A stretch of 64,000 nucleotides of DNA from Paraspadella gotoi (lineage: Eukaryota; Animalia; Chaetognatha). The DNA lies in the NCBI GenBank assembly GCA_051294375.1, contig CM119267.1, positions 12,719,081 to 12,783,080 of the forward strand. Reading direction: 5' to 3'. Positions 12,963-25,534 of the stretch are shown piece by piece. The notes beneath the pieces are model-generated. The model worked only from the letters and a program-made list of their open reading frames with translations, ran no database searches and was not told the origin of the DNA. The translations under genes and the position numbers were made by a program. Position 1 is the stretch's first letter. Each line of letters begins with the position of its first letter.

Positions 12963-12975
<13 letters not shown>
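11867..12975. repeat. Tandem duplication of a ~500-bp segment
   Basis: 11867-12362 matches 12445-12975, differing mostly by single-base indels and GA-tract length. Confidence 0.85.
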
Positions 12976-13009
<34 letters not shown>

Positions 13010-13143
13010 TGCCATCGTCTCCTTCGAAGTCGATCGTCGAAAATCTTCTCGATTTGTCTTCTTTATTCGACGATTCCCTCCTTTCAACAGAACAAGCAGC
13101 TTCCATGGAAACTATTTCCTCTCTTTCTCTCTCTGTCTCTCTC

Positions 13144-13174
<31 letters not shown>

Positions 13175-13177
13175 TTA

Positions 13178-13213
<36 letters not shown>

Positions 13214-13246
13214 TCTGCTCTCTCCACTCTTTCTCTCTCTCTCTCT

Positions 13247-13301
<55 letters not shown>

Positions 13302-13491
13302 TCTCTTCTCTCTCTCCAGCGGTAATTTTTTCAATGATTCTCCTCTCAGCTTCTCCCCCCTTTCCCCCGCGGCCATCTTCGGGGCACAACTTTTTTTTCG
13401 TTTTTCCCCATTTTCAAGAGCAAGGATATCAGAACATTTTCCAAATTCTCAAAAGCCCTCGCGAAAGGCCATCGTATCTGAGCGGTTCGAG

Positions 13492-13552
<61 letters not shown>

Positions 13553-15054
13553 GAGATGACGAGAGAGAGAGAGAGAGAGAGGAGAGGGAGAGAGAGAGAG
13601 AGAGAGAGACAATGGATTCTGGCAAAATTGTGGGATGAACGCAGTCCATCTGCCGCCGAAGAGCGAATTTCAGGGTGGAGGCTGGAGGGTGAGCGGAGGG
13701 TGGGTTGCGACTGCGAGCGGTTTTTGTTGTTGTGATTGATTGTGCGAGAGTCTTCCTTTTTAGGGCATCGAACCTGAAGACTCATCTAAGCACACGCTTT
13801 CCTTAATCAATCGACGAGCACCAGGCGCCGTCGCTAACGTGGCACGGAAAAAAAATAAAATAAAAGAAAAAAAATGAATGGAATTTGATGCGAAGCAAAG
13901 AATTTTTTTTGAAGAATCGATTCGACGAAAAGAAGATTTACATCCAAGGACACGAGATGCACCGTTCTATTTTTCGATAGTGAAATGTTTGAGATTGACG
14001 AGCCACGTTCCTCTGCCACACTCGATCCTCTTTTCACGAGCGCAGATTCATTTTCCGTCCTAGGAATTTTCAGAATGACATTTTAACGATGGAAAAAGAA
14101 AATTGGGGGGGGGGGAGAAGAAAAAGAGGCGCACGCAATTTCGCCAATCAGAAAACAGAGAGACTCCCTCTGACGAGACGAGACGAAATTGAGGTGACAA
14201 GAGAAAGAGAAACAAACAAAAGACGAGGATAGGAAGAAAAAACTAGGGAGGTGGAAAATTGGAACGAACGGGCGAGGAAAAGAAATCAAAAGAAATAGAA
14301 TCACCGAATGGAAAGACAGAAAAAAAAAGAGAAACATTCTTGGGTGGCGAATCCTAAATTCGCCTCCCGTATAGCTTGGTGAAACTCAGCTCGTCCCATT
14401 GGCTTGGACAGCTTGGTTTGTTGATTCAATTCGAAGTTATTTCAAAGGAGTGAAATTCGTCGGTCGACGGGAGAAATCGAGGGAGTGAATGAGAGAAAGA
14501 GAGAGTCAGAGGCCGACAGTACATTGGTTTCTACTTTGGCAGGAGATGAAAGCATGAGACCTTAAATGACCTTTTCATAACTTACTTGAATCTGCCATGA
14601 CAAATTTTAAAAATAAATATTACAATTTCAATAATTTGTATGGCTATTCTTGATGGTTTTTCTTTCGTTTTGATGGTAAGTAAATTTATTTGAGGTTAAT
14701 GCAGACATGTTTCGAACAGAACAGAATAATGTTCGAATCATGTCTGCATTAACTCCAAATAAATTCTTTGTGAACAATCAAAATTTGTTTTCTTAAATTA
14801 TGGCTATACTATATATTAAAACGGTTCAATGTTTAAACTAATTTTTTTTTAAAGTTAAAGTTTTAAAGTTATTTGGTGGTTTTTCGAAATATATTTTTTA
14901 TGAGTTATTATCAGATTTCACTACACTCTACTTCGCAATACAACTTTTTTAATTTTAAAAGTTTCCGTTCCAAAATTATTTATGTAGTTTTTTAGAAAAA
15001 ACGTACAAACAGACAGTTTTAACCGGATTAACTGACTGTTTGAAAAAAAGAAAA

Positions 15055-16152
15055 CAAGTTTGAGCAAACAATGTCGGATCTGCCTACGATAATTAAGTGG
15101 TAAAAGGCTAACTTGGTCAACTTGCATAATTTAATCAACTTGCATTATTTGGTCAACTAGCATAATTTGGTCAACTGACATAATTTGTTCAACTGACATA
15201 ATTTGGTCAACTGACATAATGTGGTGAACTGGCATAATTTGGTCAACTGGCATAATTTTATCAACTGGCATAATTTGGTCAACTGGCATAATTTTGTCAA
15301 CAGGCATAATTTTGTCAACTTGCAGAATTTGGTCAACTGGCATAATTTGGTCAACTTGCAGAATTTGATCAACTGGCATATTTTTATCAATTGGCATAAT
15401 TTGGTCATTCAATCAATCAGAGAGAGATAGAGAGAGAGAAACTTTAAAAAATTCAAATAAATGTGTCTTTTGGTTTTCTAATTTGAACTCTTTTCCACTC
15501 CTACGATTCCATCAAAAAATTTATATCCAGCTTTATTACATACTTTCCTACCCACACACAAAATTCCATTTTAATTTATCTATCCAATTTTTAATAAACA
15601 TAATAATTATGAGTAAATTTAAGTATGAGACAAAAGTAAAAATAGTAAATATGACTTTTGTTTTTTACATTTTAACTCATTTCCACTCGCACGATTCCAT
15701 CGAGACTTTATATCCAGCTCAATCACACACTTTCCTACCATCATACAAAATTTGAAGTCAATTGCCTTATTCACTCACGAGCAATTGGCGTTCAAATAAT
15801 GAAATATATTTTTTTGTTTTTTCCATTTAAACCAATTTCCATTCCATCGAAACTTCATATCCGTTTCAATCACACAGTTTCCTACCCACACACAAAATTT
15901 CATACTAATCCATCCATCCAATCACGAGTAATTAGAGTTTTTTGCTAAGGGTGGACGGACAGACGGACGGACGGACGGACGGATGGACGGACGGACGGAC
16001 GGACGGACGGACAGACGGACTGACTGACATCACTTTTTTTGCCAAATTTATCATAATTCGAGGTTCTGATATGATAATAATGATTTACCGACAATATTTT
16101 GGGGTGGGACCGACAGACCGACAAAGTGAATTATAGATAAGCTGATCCGACT
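15055..16152 (-). mobile_element. DINE-1/Helentron-like element (HINE) with 18-bp array
   Basis: Reverse-complement counterpart of 39873-40993, with the same termini, a GGAC microsatellite (15952-16020) and an 18-bp array (15111-15408). Confidence 0.8.
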
Positions 16153-16266
16153 AAAAAATTCTGATAATCGAAAAGAAAACAGGAAATCGTGTTTTTGTTG
16201 GCCGACAAAAATTTATAAGGGGAGAGAGAAACGCGCTCTTAACTTGATAAAAAATAGAGCACTCAC

Positions 16267-16307
<41 letters not shown>

Positions 16308-16645
16308 ATTGCTCTCTCTCTAAAAAAAAATAAGAGGAAGCAATTTTAACGGATTTTCTCTTCGACGATTCAAGAAAAAAAGGATTTTGGGGACTGAAGA
16401 AATCGGATGGGGACTGGGGGGTGTATGTAGAGGAATGAGGGTGTTAGATGGTTTAAGGGATAGATGGAACCTCCAATTTGACGGCGGTTATGTTGTAGAG
16501 GGCGTGGAAACGCGAAAAGAATAAGCGTGATACTTGGAAGAACGTGAGCCGAGCAACGCGTTGTCATGGAGACAATGCAAGAGAGAAGTTTAAAGAGAAT
16601 TTGTTGGCGTTGTGAAGTTGTATAGTGAACAGGGAGGGCAGAGAG

Positions 16646-16680
<35 letters not shown>

Positions 16681-16971
16681 AAATTAAGCCAAGAGACAAG
16701 ATTAAGGAAAGTAGAAATTAAGAAGAAGCGTCTTCGTTGAAGTAGGGACCGGGAAGAATTGTAAGCGAATATCGGAAAAAGGATTGGGATGAAGGCGTGA
16801 AAGAAAGAAAGAAAAGATATAAAAAGAAAAACGATATTAAGTTTGAAAAAACGAGTCCGTAAAAATTAGATTAGAAATATTAAAAGCATAAGGATCGAGC
16901 CTGCTTTCGATGGTAACCAAATATTGATGTGATGATAACCAATAATTGATGCGATGATAACGAAATGACTG

Positions 16972-17236
16972 ATGTGTTGTGTTCGGAAGTCGGGCTCACC
17001 AATGAAGAGACAGTTATTTTTGTTATGGGATAGTGACAGAACCATTCAATATAAGCAGTCCCTGAGCTTCGGATCAGGCTGTAACACCATGTTAAAGGCG
17101 GGTTAAGCGCCCCATCCCTCTTCACTGCTAGGCGACCACCGGGCTAGAACCCCGGACCTTTGGGTTGGGAGGCAAATGACTAGCCTCCGGCACCAATGGC
17201 CGCTGATGAACGGTTGGTGGATTTTAGTCCCCCAGA
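16972..17236 (-). mobile_element. Family B LTR plus PBS (tRNA-like head); internal region truncated
   Basis: 17003-17236 is the reverse complement of 17330-17563. It ends CTCTTCA, then 1 nt, then TGGTGAGCCCGAC (16989-17001). Confidence 0.7.
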
Positions 17237-17329
17237 AAATGTTCTTTTAAGGGTCTAGAAATGAACAGGCCTTATCTGAGCTGGGCTGAGCTGCCAATAC
17301 ATGTAAATCACTTGCAAAAAAACTGAACT

Positions 17330-17563
17330 TATGGTGGACTGAAATCCACCAACCGTTCATCAGCGGCCATTGGTGCCGGAGGCAAGTCATTCGCCTCCCA
17401 ACCCAAAGGTTTGGGGTTCTAGCCCGGTGGTTGTATGGCAGTTAAGAGGGACGGGGCGCTTAACCCGCCTGTAACATGGTGTTACAGCCTGATCCGAAGC
17501 TCAGGGACTGCTTACATTGAATGGTTCTGTCACTAACACATAACAATAATTACTGTCTCTTCA
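17330..17563 (+). mobile_element. Family B solo LTR with tRNA-Gly-like Pol III boxes and 4-bp TSD
   Basis: AACT|TATGGTGGACT...CTCTTCA|AACT. A-box-like TGGTGCCGGAGG at 17371-17382 and B-box GGTTCTAGCCC at 17415-17425. TCGCCTCCCA matches the tRNA-Gly(CCC) anticodon arm. An empty-site paralogue lies at 38934-38949 (minus strand). Confidence 0.75.
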
Positions 17564-17609
17564 AACTGTTACTATCGTACAAACAAATAATTTTTTTAAC
17601 CATTAACTA

Positions 17610-18798
17610 TTATTAACTTGCTTCATTTTTTAACTTGCATCATTTTTTCAACTTCCATAATTTTTTAAATTCGTATCATTTTTTTAACTTGCACCATTTT
17701 TTTTAACTCGCATAATTTTTGAAACTCTAAAAAATTATGCGAGTTGAAAAAACTTTCTAACTTGCATCAATTTTTTAACTTGCATCTTTTTTTCAACTTG
17801 CATCATTTTCTTAACTTGCATCATTTTTTTGACTGGCTTCATTTTTTTAACTTGCATCATTTTTTTATCTTACATCATTTTTTCAAATTGCATCATTTTT
17901 TCAATTTAATTATTAATCAATTAATTTATTAATTATTTAATTAAAACATTTATGAGTCATTTTTCATGCAAACTCATTTCCACTTCTCGATTCCATCGAA
18001 ACTTTATATCCTGCTCAATCACACACTTTCCTACCCACACACAAAATTTTATGAAATTGGTACAACCAATATAATAATTATCGATTCATTTAATAAATAA
18101 GCTATCTTGCCCCTGACTTAGGACAGTAGAATGGAGCACTCAAGAACAAAAAAAATATTTGAATGATCAAACAAGGATATTTAAATGTGAGATAGTATGA
18201 TTAACTAGTTCAAAAAATATTTTGTTCATATTGTTTCTGAAACAGAATAGTAAAATACAATATATTTGTAGTAATATTCTTATAAAATAATAAATTTTAA
18301 AACTTTTTTTAAAGATTCAGATTCTTCATAAAAAGTTCAATCAAAAATATAAAACATGTTATTAAAAATTATATCCAGCTTCGTCCTACCCAAACACAAA
18401 AAATTTCATCTCAATCTATCAAACCAATTATGATTAATTAGAGTTATTAATTATGGGTTAAAATTAGTAAAAAGATTTTAGTAAATGTGACTTATGTTTT
18501 TTTTATTTGAACTCATTTTCACTTGTACGATTCCATAAAAACTTTATATCCAGCTCAATCACACACTTTCTTGACCTCACACAAAATTTAATTCCAATCC
18601 ATCCCGAGGGGGGGGGAGATGGACGGACGGACAGACAGATAGACAGATGGACGGACATCATTCCTTTTGTATAAGTTATCATAATTCGATGTTTTGACAT
18701 GATTTAAGTGAATGAACGACAAGATTGAGGGGGCGGACCGACGGACCGACAAAGTGGATTATACAAAAGTCGGGATCTGCTGATAAGCAGATCCGACT
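17610..18798 (-). mobile_element. HINE copy (5' part) with a variant 18-bp array
   Basis: 5' hairpin at 18768-18798, GGAC/AGAC microsatellite, and AACTTGCATCATTTTTTT array at about 17610-17905. 3' end not identified. Confidence 0.65.
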
Positions 18799-19282
18799 AA
18801 CAAATACTAAACTATTTTCCTCTAGCTCCTTAACATAACTCCACCTTAATCCTCACTACAGCATTTCGTTTACGCGAAGGTGACGTTCATTCGTTTCTCT
18901 TTTGTTTTTGCGCTCTCGCGATTCACAGCGCCTCTTCCGGACAAACATTCATCTCGGGTCGGCATCCGGCGCCTCACGTGAAAGCCGGAATTTGTCTCCA
19001 TTGCCTTTTCCGGCGTCGGGCGGCGTCAGGCGGCGTCGGGCGTTTAAAAGCCGCTCGTGCGTTTTCTGGGCCTTTTGAGGTTTTCGTCCTCGTCATCGTC
19101 GTCGCCGTCGCCGTAAACGGCGACGCTTTGTTTTTTGAATAGATTTCAACGTCTTCTCTCTCTCCTTCCTCTCCGTCTTCGCTCTCTCTCTCCACTCTCT
19201 CTCTCTCTCTCTCTCTCCTTGCAGATTTCCCGCTTCAAAAGGCATCTTGTTTATTTGTCCCGACTTGACTTGACCTGATAGG

Positions 19283-21770
19283 CTCTGGTTAAAACTCGGC
19301 TGAAAAAATATATGCTCGATGGCGTCTGAAATTATGCCAGAAATGGCTAAAATTTTTAATCAATGTGCTAAAAATTATGCTAGATTTTTTTTATAATTTT
19401 CGTACACATGTATGAAGGAACAAAATAATTAATGTAATAATAAATGTCGTTTTGACTTTATTATTATTTCAAAGAAAGCCTAAATATTTAATACATTGTA
19501 TTGAAACTAAAAAAAACAAACGAAAAACAAACAAAAAACAAACAAAATAGCACTAGAATAATTTTTTTCTTATAATAGATACCTCATAGGAAGAGCCTAA
19601 TTTTAATTATTTTTTTATTTTTTTTATGCCAGTCCTGGAGGATGATGTCAATATCACTTGCAAAAACCGTTTTAAAATTCCTACAATAGTTCCGAGATAT
19701 AGTCATAAACGCATAAACGTCAGCCTTAAAAGGCAAAATTTATCAGAATAAAACTTTAAGTTTCTCTAAAGATTTCTGACGCGCTAGTACTAACTATTTA
19801 AAAAAAATGACAATGTTTCGCTGATTTCTTCAAGCATTTACCATAAATGAGTTATACGATGGGTACAACTGAAAGTGATATGTCTCTAGATGACAAAAAT
19901 TTTTTCTTCAAGTTTTATATTAAAATTTAAGTATTGTACCAATAGGATTAAGTGAGATATTTTGCCAAAATTTTTGAAAAATTTGTTCTGCGTAGTTCAA
20001 AACTTCAAATCCTTAGTTCTTTAATGGTAAAAAAAGTTATTTTCTTGAATAACTTTTGAAAGAAAAGAGATAGCAAGGTGGGCGTGGTATCAAATTGAAG
20101 CACTAATCATGGGACATCTTTCTAAAATAGTTTTATTACATTTTATCCATAATAAATTAGAGCATTAAAAATTTCAAAGAAAGGCATATGAATTTTTTTC
20201 TTTTTCTTTTGTAATTTGAAAAGGAAAGACTGAATTACATTTTGATTACCATTAAATTTTCTCTACTGCATAAATTTGCTTGTATTTTTCAGTTAAAGTA
20301 AAAAACAAGCACAAATTGTTGTAATAGCTTGATAAAATGTCTTTTTAAATATTAAAAATGATAAATATAAAAATGTTTTCAACTTGATATGAAAAGTCTG
20401 GATGTCTTCCTTCTTTTCTGTGAAAAAAAATTATCATTTTTCATTATCTTTAACGTGGCAAACAAAAAGCTTGACACTGGCTTGTTTATCATAATAAAAT
20501 TTAAAAAAAATTATATAGCTGGCGACATATTTGACAAAGCAAGACATTATTGTGTTTATTTGTATGGATAATTTTCTTTTAAATATAACAACCTTATACT
20601 AGGATTTTAATTCTGTTATTTATCATCCATTTTAAATTAAGAAAAAGAATTTCGCGAATAGCCATTGAAAGATTGATGTTAATTCGAATGGTTTCTTTAC
20701 TGCCCCATTTTCACAAGACATAAAAGGTCATGATTATCATGTCAGTATGTCCAGATTATCTGTACGCTTTCTACAACCTGCACTCTCGGCATCTCTTCTC
20801 CTTTTCTTCAAATGTATTATATAAAAAAAATTCTTTAGAGAATGATCAGTGTGGAGGATGCTATTGGTAAGCCTTAGTTACCCCACATACCGATGGAATT
20901 TTTAAACAAGGTTTTTTTTCCATTTATTCGAGACATAATACTAACTATTGGTTCTATTAATTTTACATTGCTTACATGATATTTTGCGTAATCAGAGAAA
21001 ATTTTAGCGTGTCAAAATTATGGAAAAAAAATAGTAAAACGTTCTGACTAAATAAAAAAAATATGGAGGAATCTACTTATAATAAAATATACATGCAAAC
21101 AAAAATGATATCAGTGAGTGATATAAATGCGTTCCTGAAAAATTTCTTCAACATCTGACAACACTTGAATAATCTCTTTCTCTTAATCAACTATATCTAC
21201 GCGGTAGAAGAATGAGCTCTTTTGTGATCATATATAGATTGGTTGAATTTTTCTATCATCAATGGAAGTGGCTTAAACGTGGCGCAGGATTGGCCATTCC
21301 TATGAAATCCAAATCTCGTCATCAGGATAGAAAATTAAGGAAAGAACAGTCAAAAATGATAATGAGTAAATAACAAAATTTTTTACGGTTATATACTTCT
21401 TTGTTTTGAGGATAAACGTTCAATTAATATTTTTGATTAGAAATTTAGAATTTCCAAATCTTTTTCTTTTGAACAATAAACGAGTATTGGGCTATTGGCG
21501 TGTCCAAGAATTGAATTCAATCGAGAAAGACCCAAAGAAAAAACATATGAACAGCACTTTTGAGGATGATGGTAGAAAAAAGTATATCTAAATTTTTCTG
21601 CTTATTTTCTCCATTTGAACTCATTACATGTAACAGCATGTAACTAGCATATCATAAAGATGATAAAATTATGCTAGATTGTATGCCATATGCTAGTTCA
21701 CTTTTTTGCTGGCTAAAGGGCCTGAAATTATGCCAGATATAGCATAGAGTATGCCAAGTTTTAACCAGAG
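19283..21770. mobile_element. Unclassified TIR-bounded element (~2.5 kb)
   Basis: CTCTGGTTAAAACTCGGC (19283-19300) matches the reverse complement of 21753-21770 at 17/18. AAATTATGC(C/T)AGA subterminal repeats occur at both ends. No TSD recognised. Confidence 0.55.
19850..20960. repeat. Dispersed repeat, possibly containing a Transib-like transposase remnant
   Basis: Matches about 27110-27620 and 28682-29290. Minus-strand peptides SIGMWG and RKRTDNLDIL. Confidence 0.6.
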
Positions 21771-21998
21771 ATTCTAAGAGTTTTCAACCGGTAGTCGGAT
21801 TTGGTAAAAATCTTCAATATTTTCTATATTTATGGTCGGATTTTTTTGAAACTTAATAATAGCAATATTGCCATCATTCTACATTGGCCGGTAAAAGAAT
21901 ATATTAAAAAAACCTCTGGCTTTTTTAGTCAGAGCTTAGTCCTAAGTTTCAGGAAAAAACAGATTTTTGCATTCAACAACAATTTTTTTTCAGTTTTA

Positions 21999-22042
21999 GT
22001 CGTACATGTTTCGACTCTCTTTAAGAGTCTTCATCAGCGTCA
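21999..22042 (-). ncRNA. Minimal type I hammerhead ribozyme motif (Penelope-type), core intact
   Basis: Minus strand reads TGACG-CTGATGA-a-GACTCT(taaag)AGAGTC-GAAA-CATGTA-CGAC: 6-bp stem II, palindromic ACATGT, GUA triplet. Confidence 0.7.
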
Positions 22043-22824
22043 AAAAACATTGACACTAAAACACAACGAAATGAAAAGATTATAACAATGTCTAAAAATC
22101 AACAAGTTTAACCCAGATCAATTACAATGACGATGGTATGAAATTTTGTCATCGTTTCAAGCTACTTTCAGCCTGATTTTTTACATATTTTGATTATCTT
22201 TCCGATCTTACTGATGAAAAACAGTCATGGTAAAGAGAACCTACGTTCGTTCGAATATAAGGCATATGTTAGTAATCAAACAGAGCAATAATTTTGGTCA
22301 CAAGATAAAGAATTATGCAAGAGAATGGCGTGAATAAGTTTTTCCGCGAGACTGCATCGCGAATTACATATTTTCTTGGCGCTTCTCCTTTCTGTCTTTC
22401 CCGCTTCATTTCATCACAACAAATGACATACTACATTCTATGTACATAGTTGTACATAGGCAAGAATTACAACAACAACAACCAACAATCTCCTCTCCTA
22501 AATTTTTCAATCGAGCGTCTCATTGATATTATCATTTCCTTCATTATTCAAAAGGAATCATTCCGGTTCGAGACGACAACGTCGACGACGGACGACGACG
22601 ACCACAACAACGACGACATCAATAAAAAAGTCATAAAAGCATAACGACGGCGTCGCGACCTTAATAACCGGAGACGAGACGCGAGCGACGCTGGCGACGC
22701 CTCCCTCAAAGAAACTCTGCTTCCGCCGGGCGTCGTCCGTGGATGCCGGAGGCGGGGAAGGACGTTACTGGGAGGCGTGGAGAGATTCTTGCTCTCTCAT
22801 GCGGCTTTTTTAGAGATTTTTATT

Positions 22825-23445
22825 CTTTCTGGCTTTCTTTATTTATTTATTTATTTATTTATTTATTTCTTTATTTATTTTTTATTTCTTTCTTTATTTT
22901 TTTATTTCTTTCTTTATTTTTTATATTTATTTCTTTATTTATTTATTTCCTTATTTATATATTTATTTCTTTATTTCTTTATTTCTTTCTTTATTTCTTT
23001 CTTTCTTTCTTTATTTTTTATTTCTTTCTTTATTTTTTTATTTATTTCTTTATTTATTTATTTCCTTATTTATATATTTATTTCTTTATTTCTTTCTTCA
23101 TTTCTTTCTTTATTTCTTTCTTTATTTCTTTATTTATTTCTTTATTTATTTCTTTATTTCTTTCTTTATTTCTTTCTTTATTTCATTTCTTTCTTTCTTT
23201 CTTTCTTTATTTCTTTATTTATTTCATTCTTTATTTCTTTCTTTCTTTATTTATTTCTTTATTTATTTCATTCTTTATTTCTTTCTTTCTTTCCCTATTT
23301 ATTTCTTTCCCTATTTATTTCTTTATTTCTTTCCCTATTTATCTCTTTTCCTATTTATTTCTTTCCCCATTTATTTCTTTCCCTATTTATTTCTTTCCCT
23401 ATTTATTTCTTTATTTCTTTATTTATTTATTTCTTTATTTATCTC
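22825..23445. repeat. T-rich low-complexity tract (TATTTCTT-like)
   Basis: Degenerate TTTA/TTTC repeats; the source of the F/L/Y/I ORFs. Confidence 0.9.
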
Positions 23446-23891
23446 TCTCCCTCTCCCTCCCTCCCCCCCTCTCTCTCCGCTCATCATAAGTAAATAACGA
23501 TACTTAGATCCTTCCCCCTGACGCGTCTCTCGTCTCGCATCGACCGCCCCCCCCAACGCCCCCTTCCGCCCGAAAACCAAAAAACTTCATTTATGGTTCG
23601 GAATTCAGCAAAATGGTTTCGCCGCTCGAAGATCAAATGATTTATTTTTCACGAAAATTGAGAGCCCGCCGTCGCGGTTACGGTAGCGGCGGCGGAGTCG
23701 ATATCGGTGGCGATATACTTAGCGGCTGCAGTGGCCGTTGACGACGTTGTTGACGACGCTTTAATGACGATTTCTACTCTGCAAGTTTTTCCTTAAATTT
23801 TTTGAAGTTCTTATGTCAATATATCGTCGTATTTGTCATCGGCATCGCCGTCGTCGTCATCGCGGTCGTTCCCCTTCTAAGGAGTTCGCAA

Positions 23892-24029
<138 letters not shown>

Positions 24030-24334
24030 CCAAGATTGACGAGAAGCCTCGATGCCCTCATCATGAGAAATAAGTTTCAAAGCGGTTATAAGAAAAACCA
24101 AAGCCCACTGGACCATCTCTTTCGACTGACAGAGACAATTTATCAGGCATTCAAGGGAAAAAAGTGTGTTGTCGGCCGTTTTCTTGATGTAGAGCTGGCA
24201 TTTGACCACCTTTGGTGGAACGGACTCCTGTATAAATGGATAAAGAAAAACATGCCACCGAGGATGCTAAGAATCGTAAGCCACTTTCTTACGGTCCGTA
24301 ACATAATAGTTTATGAAAAAAATCAGAAATCACC

Positions 24335-25002
24335 TGTGGATAAGGTGCAACGTGGGCTGAAGATGACTGTCCGTAACTTCTACTCTAGCAACCATGGAAC
24401 GGGTCCCTGGGCTTGGAACCAGACTTGAGGGTTTGCCATGCCCCCAAGGCGGCTTACGGCCATCCTCACGCTTCCCGCAGGGTAGGTACCGGGTTGGGAT
24501 TGAACCCGGTACCTAGTGGTCATCAGCTGATGGCTTTACTCAATGAGCCACAGGGTCACAACTGAAAGCTTCATGCTTCTAGGCGGGGTGAACCTAGGCA
24601 ATGCCCGACTACATGCCCCCCAGATTATAACCCACCCTGCACTGCTTCCAGTGGAGGAAGGGGAGCAATCTTCAGCTAGACCAAGGGCTTGGAATTAGAA
24701 GGTTGGAATACACTCGACAGCATGGGCTCACCAGTGTAGATAAGGCGCTACGTGGGCTGAAGATGACTGTCCGTAACTTCTATAACCCCCTCTAGCAGCC
24801 ATGGAACGGGTCCCTGGGCTTGGAACCAGGCTTGAGGGTTTGCAATGCCCCCAAGGTCCTCACGCTTTCCGCAGGGTAGGTACAGGGTTGGGATTGAACC
24901 CGGTAACTAGTGGTCATGATGGCTTTACTCAATGAGCCACTGGGTCACAACTGAAAGCGTCATGCTTCTAGGCGGGGTGAACCTAGGCAATGCCCGACTA
25001 CA
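24335..25002 (-). mobile_element. Complete TRIM, family C (tRNA-like Pol III boxes in both LTRs)
   Basis: LTRs 24735-25002 and 24335-24613 (TGT..ACA). PBS TGGTGAGCCC at 24724-24733, GGGGGG PPT beside the 3' LTR, 121-bp internal region. Flanks are CACC/TACC; removing the element plus 4 bp restores the RT frame (QKSP-ISAG). Confidence 0.85.
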
Positions 25003-25534
25003 TACCTATCAGCGCAGGAGCGCCACAGGGTGGAGTGATAAGCCCGGATATCTTCAACTCATATACAGACGACATCTTTGATAGGGTTGAAGAAAAAACA
25101 AATCCATCTCAGTTTGCAGACTATCAGGCGGCTTGGGTAGTTGAGGATCACACACTTGTGGCGAAAGTACAAATATGCAAAGTCGTAAACCAACTGGAAG
25201 AGTGGTGTAAAAATGGAGACTCAAATTATCCCCAGCAAAATCATATGTAATCTGTTTAAGCAGGCTGCAACGCCATCTCGACGTAGATATAAACATCAGC
25301 CTACTTGGCAGTCAAGTGAAAGTTGTCAGAGAAGTTACCTTCCTTGGCTTACAACTCGACCAAAAACTCCTGTGGAAAGAAAATATAAACTGCGTAATTA
25401 GCAAGGCCAATCGGAGATTAGGCATTCTGAGAAGAATTCATAACCTAAATCCGAATTGTCGAACATTCTGGCTAACATTATGATACGGACTCTTTTCGAA
25501 TATGGAGCAATGTGTTTTCTCCCAATGTCCGAAG

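Noticed and set aside
17203-17240. CTGATGA motif in family B
   Set aside because: No stem II/GAAA/UH geometry follows.
17364-17435. Functional tRNA-Gly gene
   Set aside because: The cloverleaf is incomplete and it is part of a mobile LTR.
22743-23493. Hydrophobic 238-248 aa ORFs
   Set aside because: T-rich low-complexity DNA, not a membrane protein.
24525-24570. Hammerhead in the family C LTR (CTGATGG..GAAA), i.e. a retrozyme
   Set aside because: The core is not CUGANGA, the helix does not close onto GAAA, and the motif is absent from the sister LTRs.
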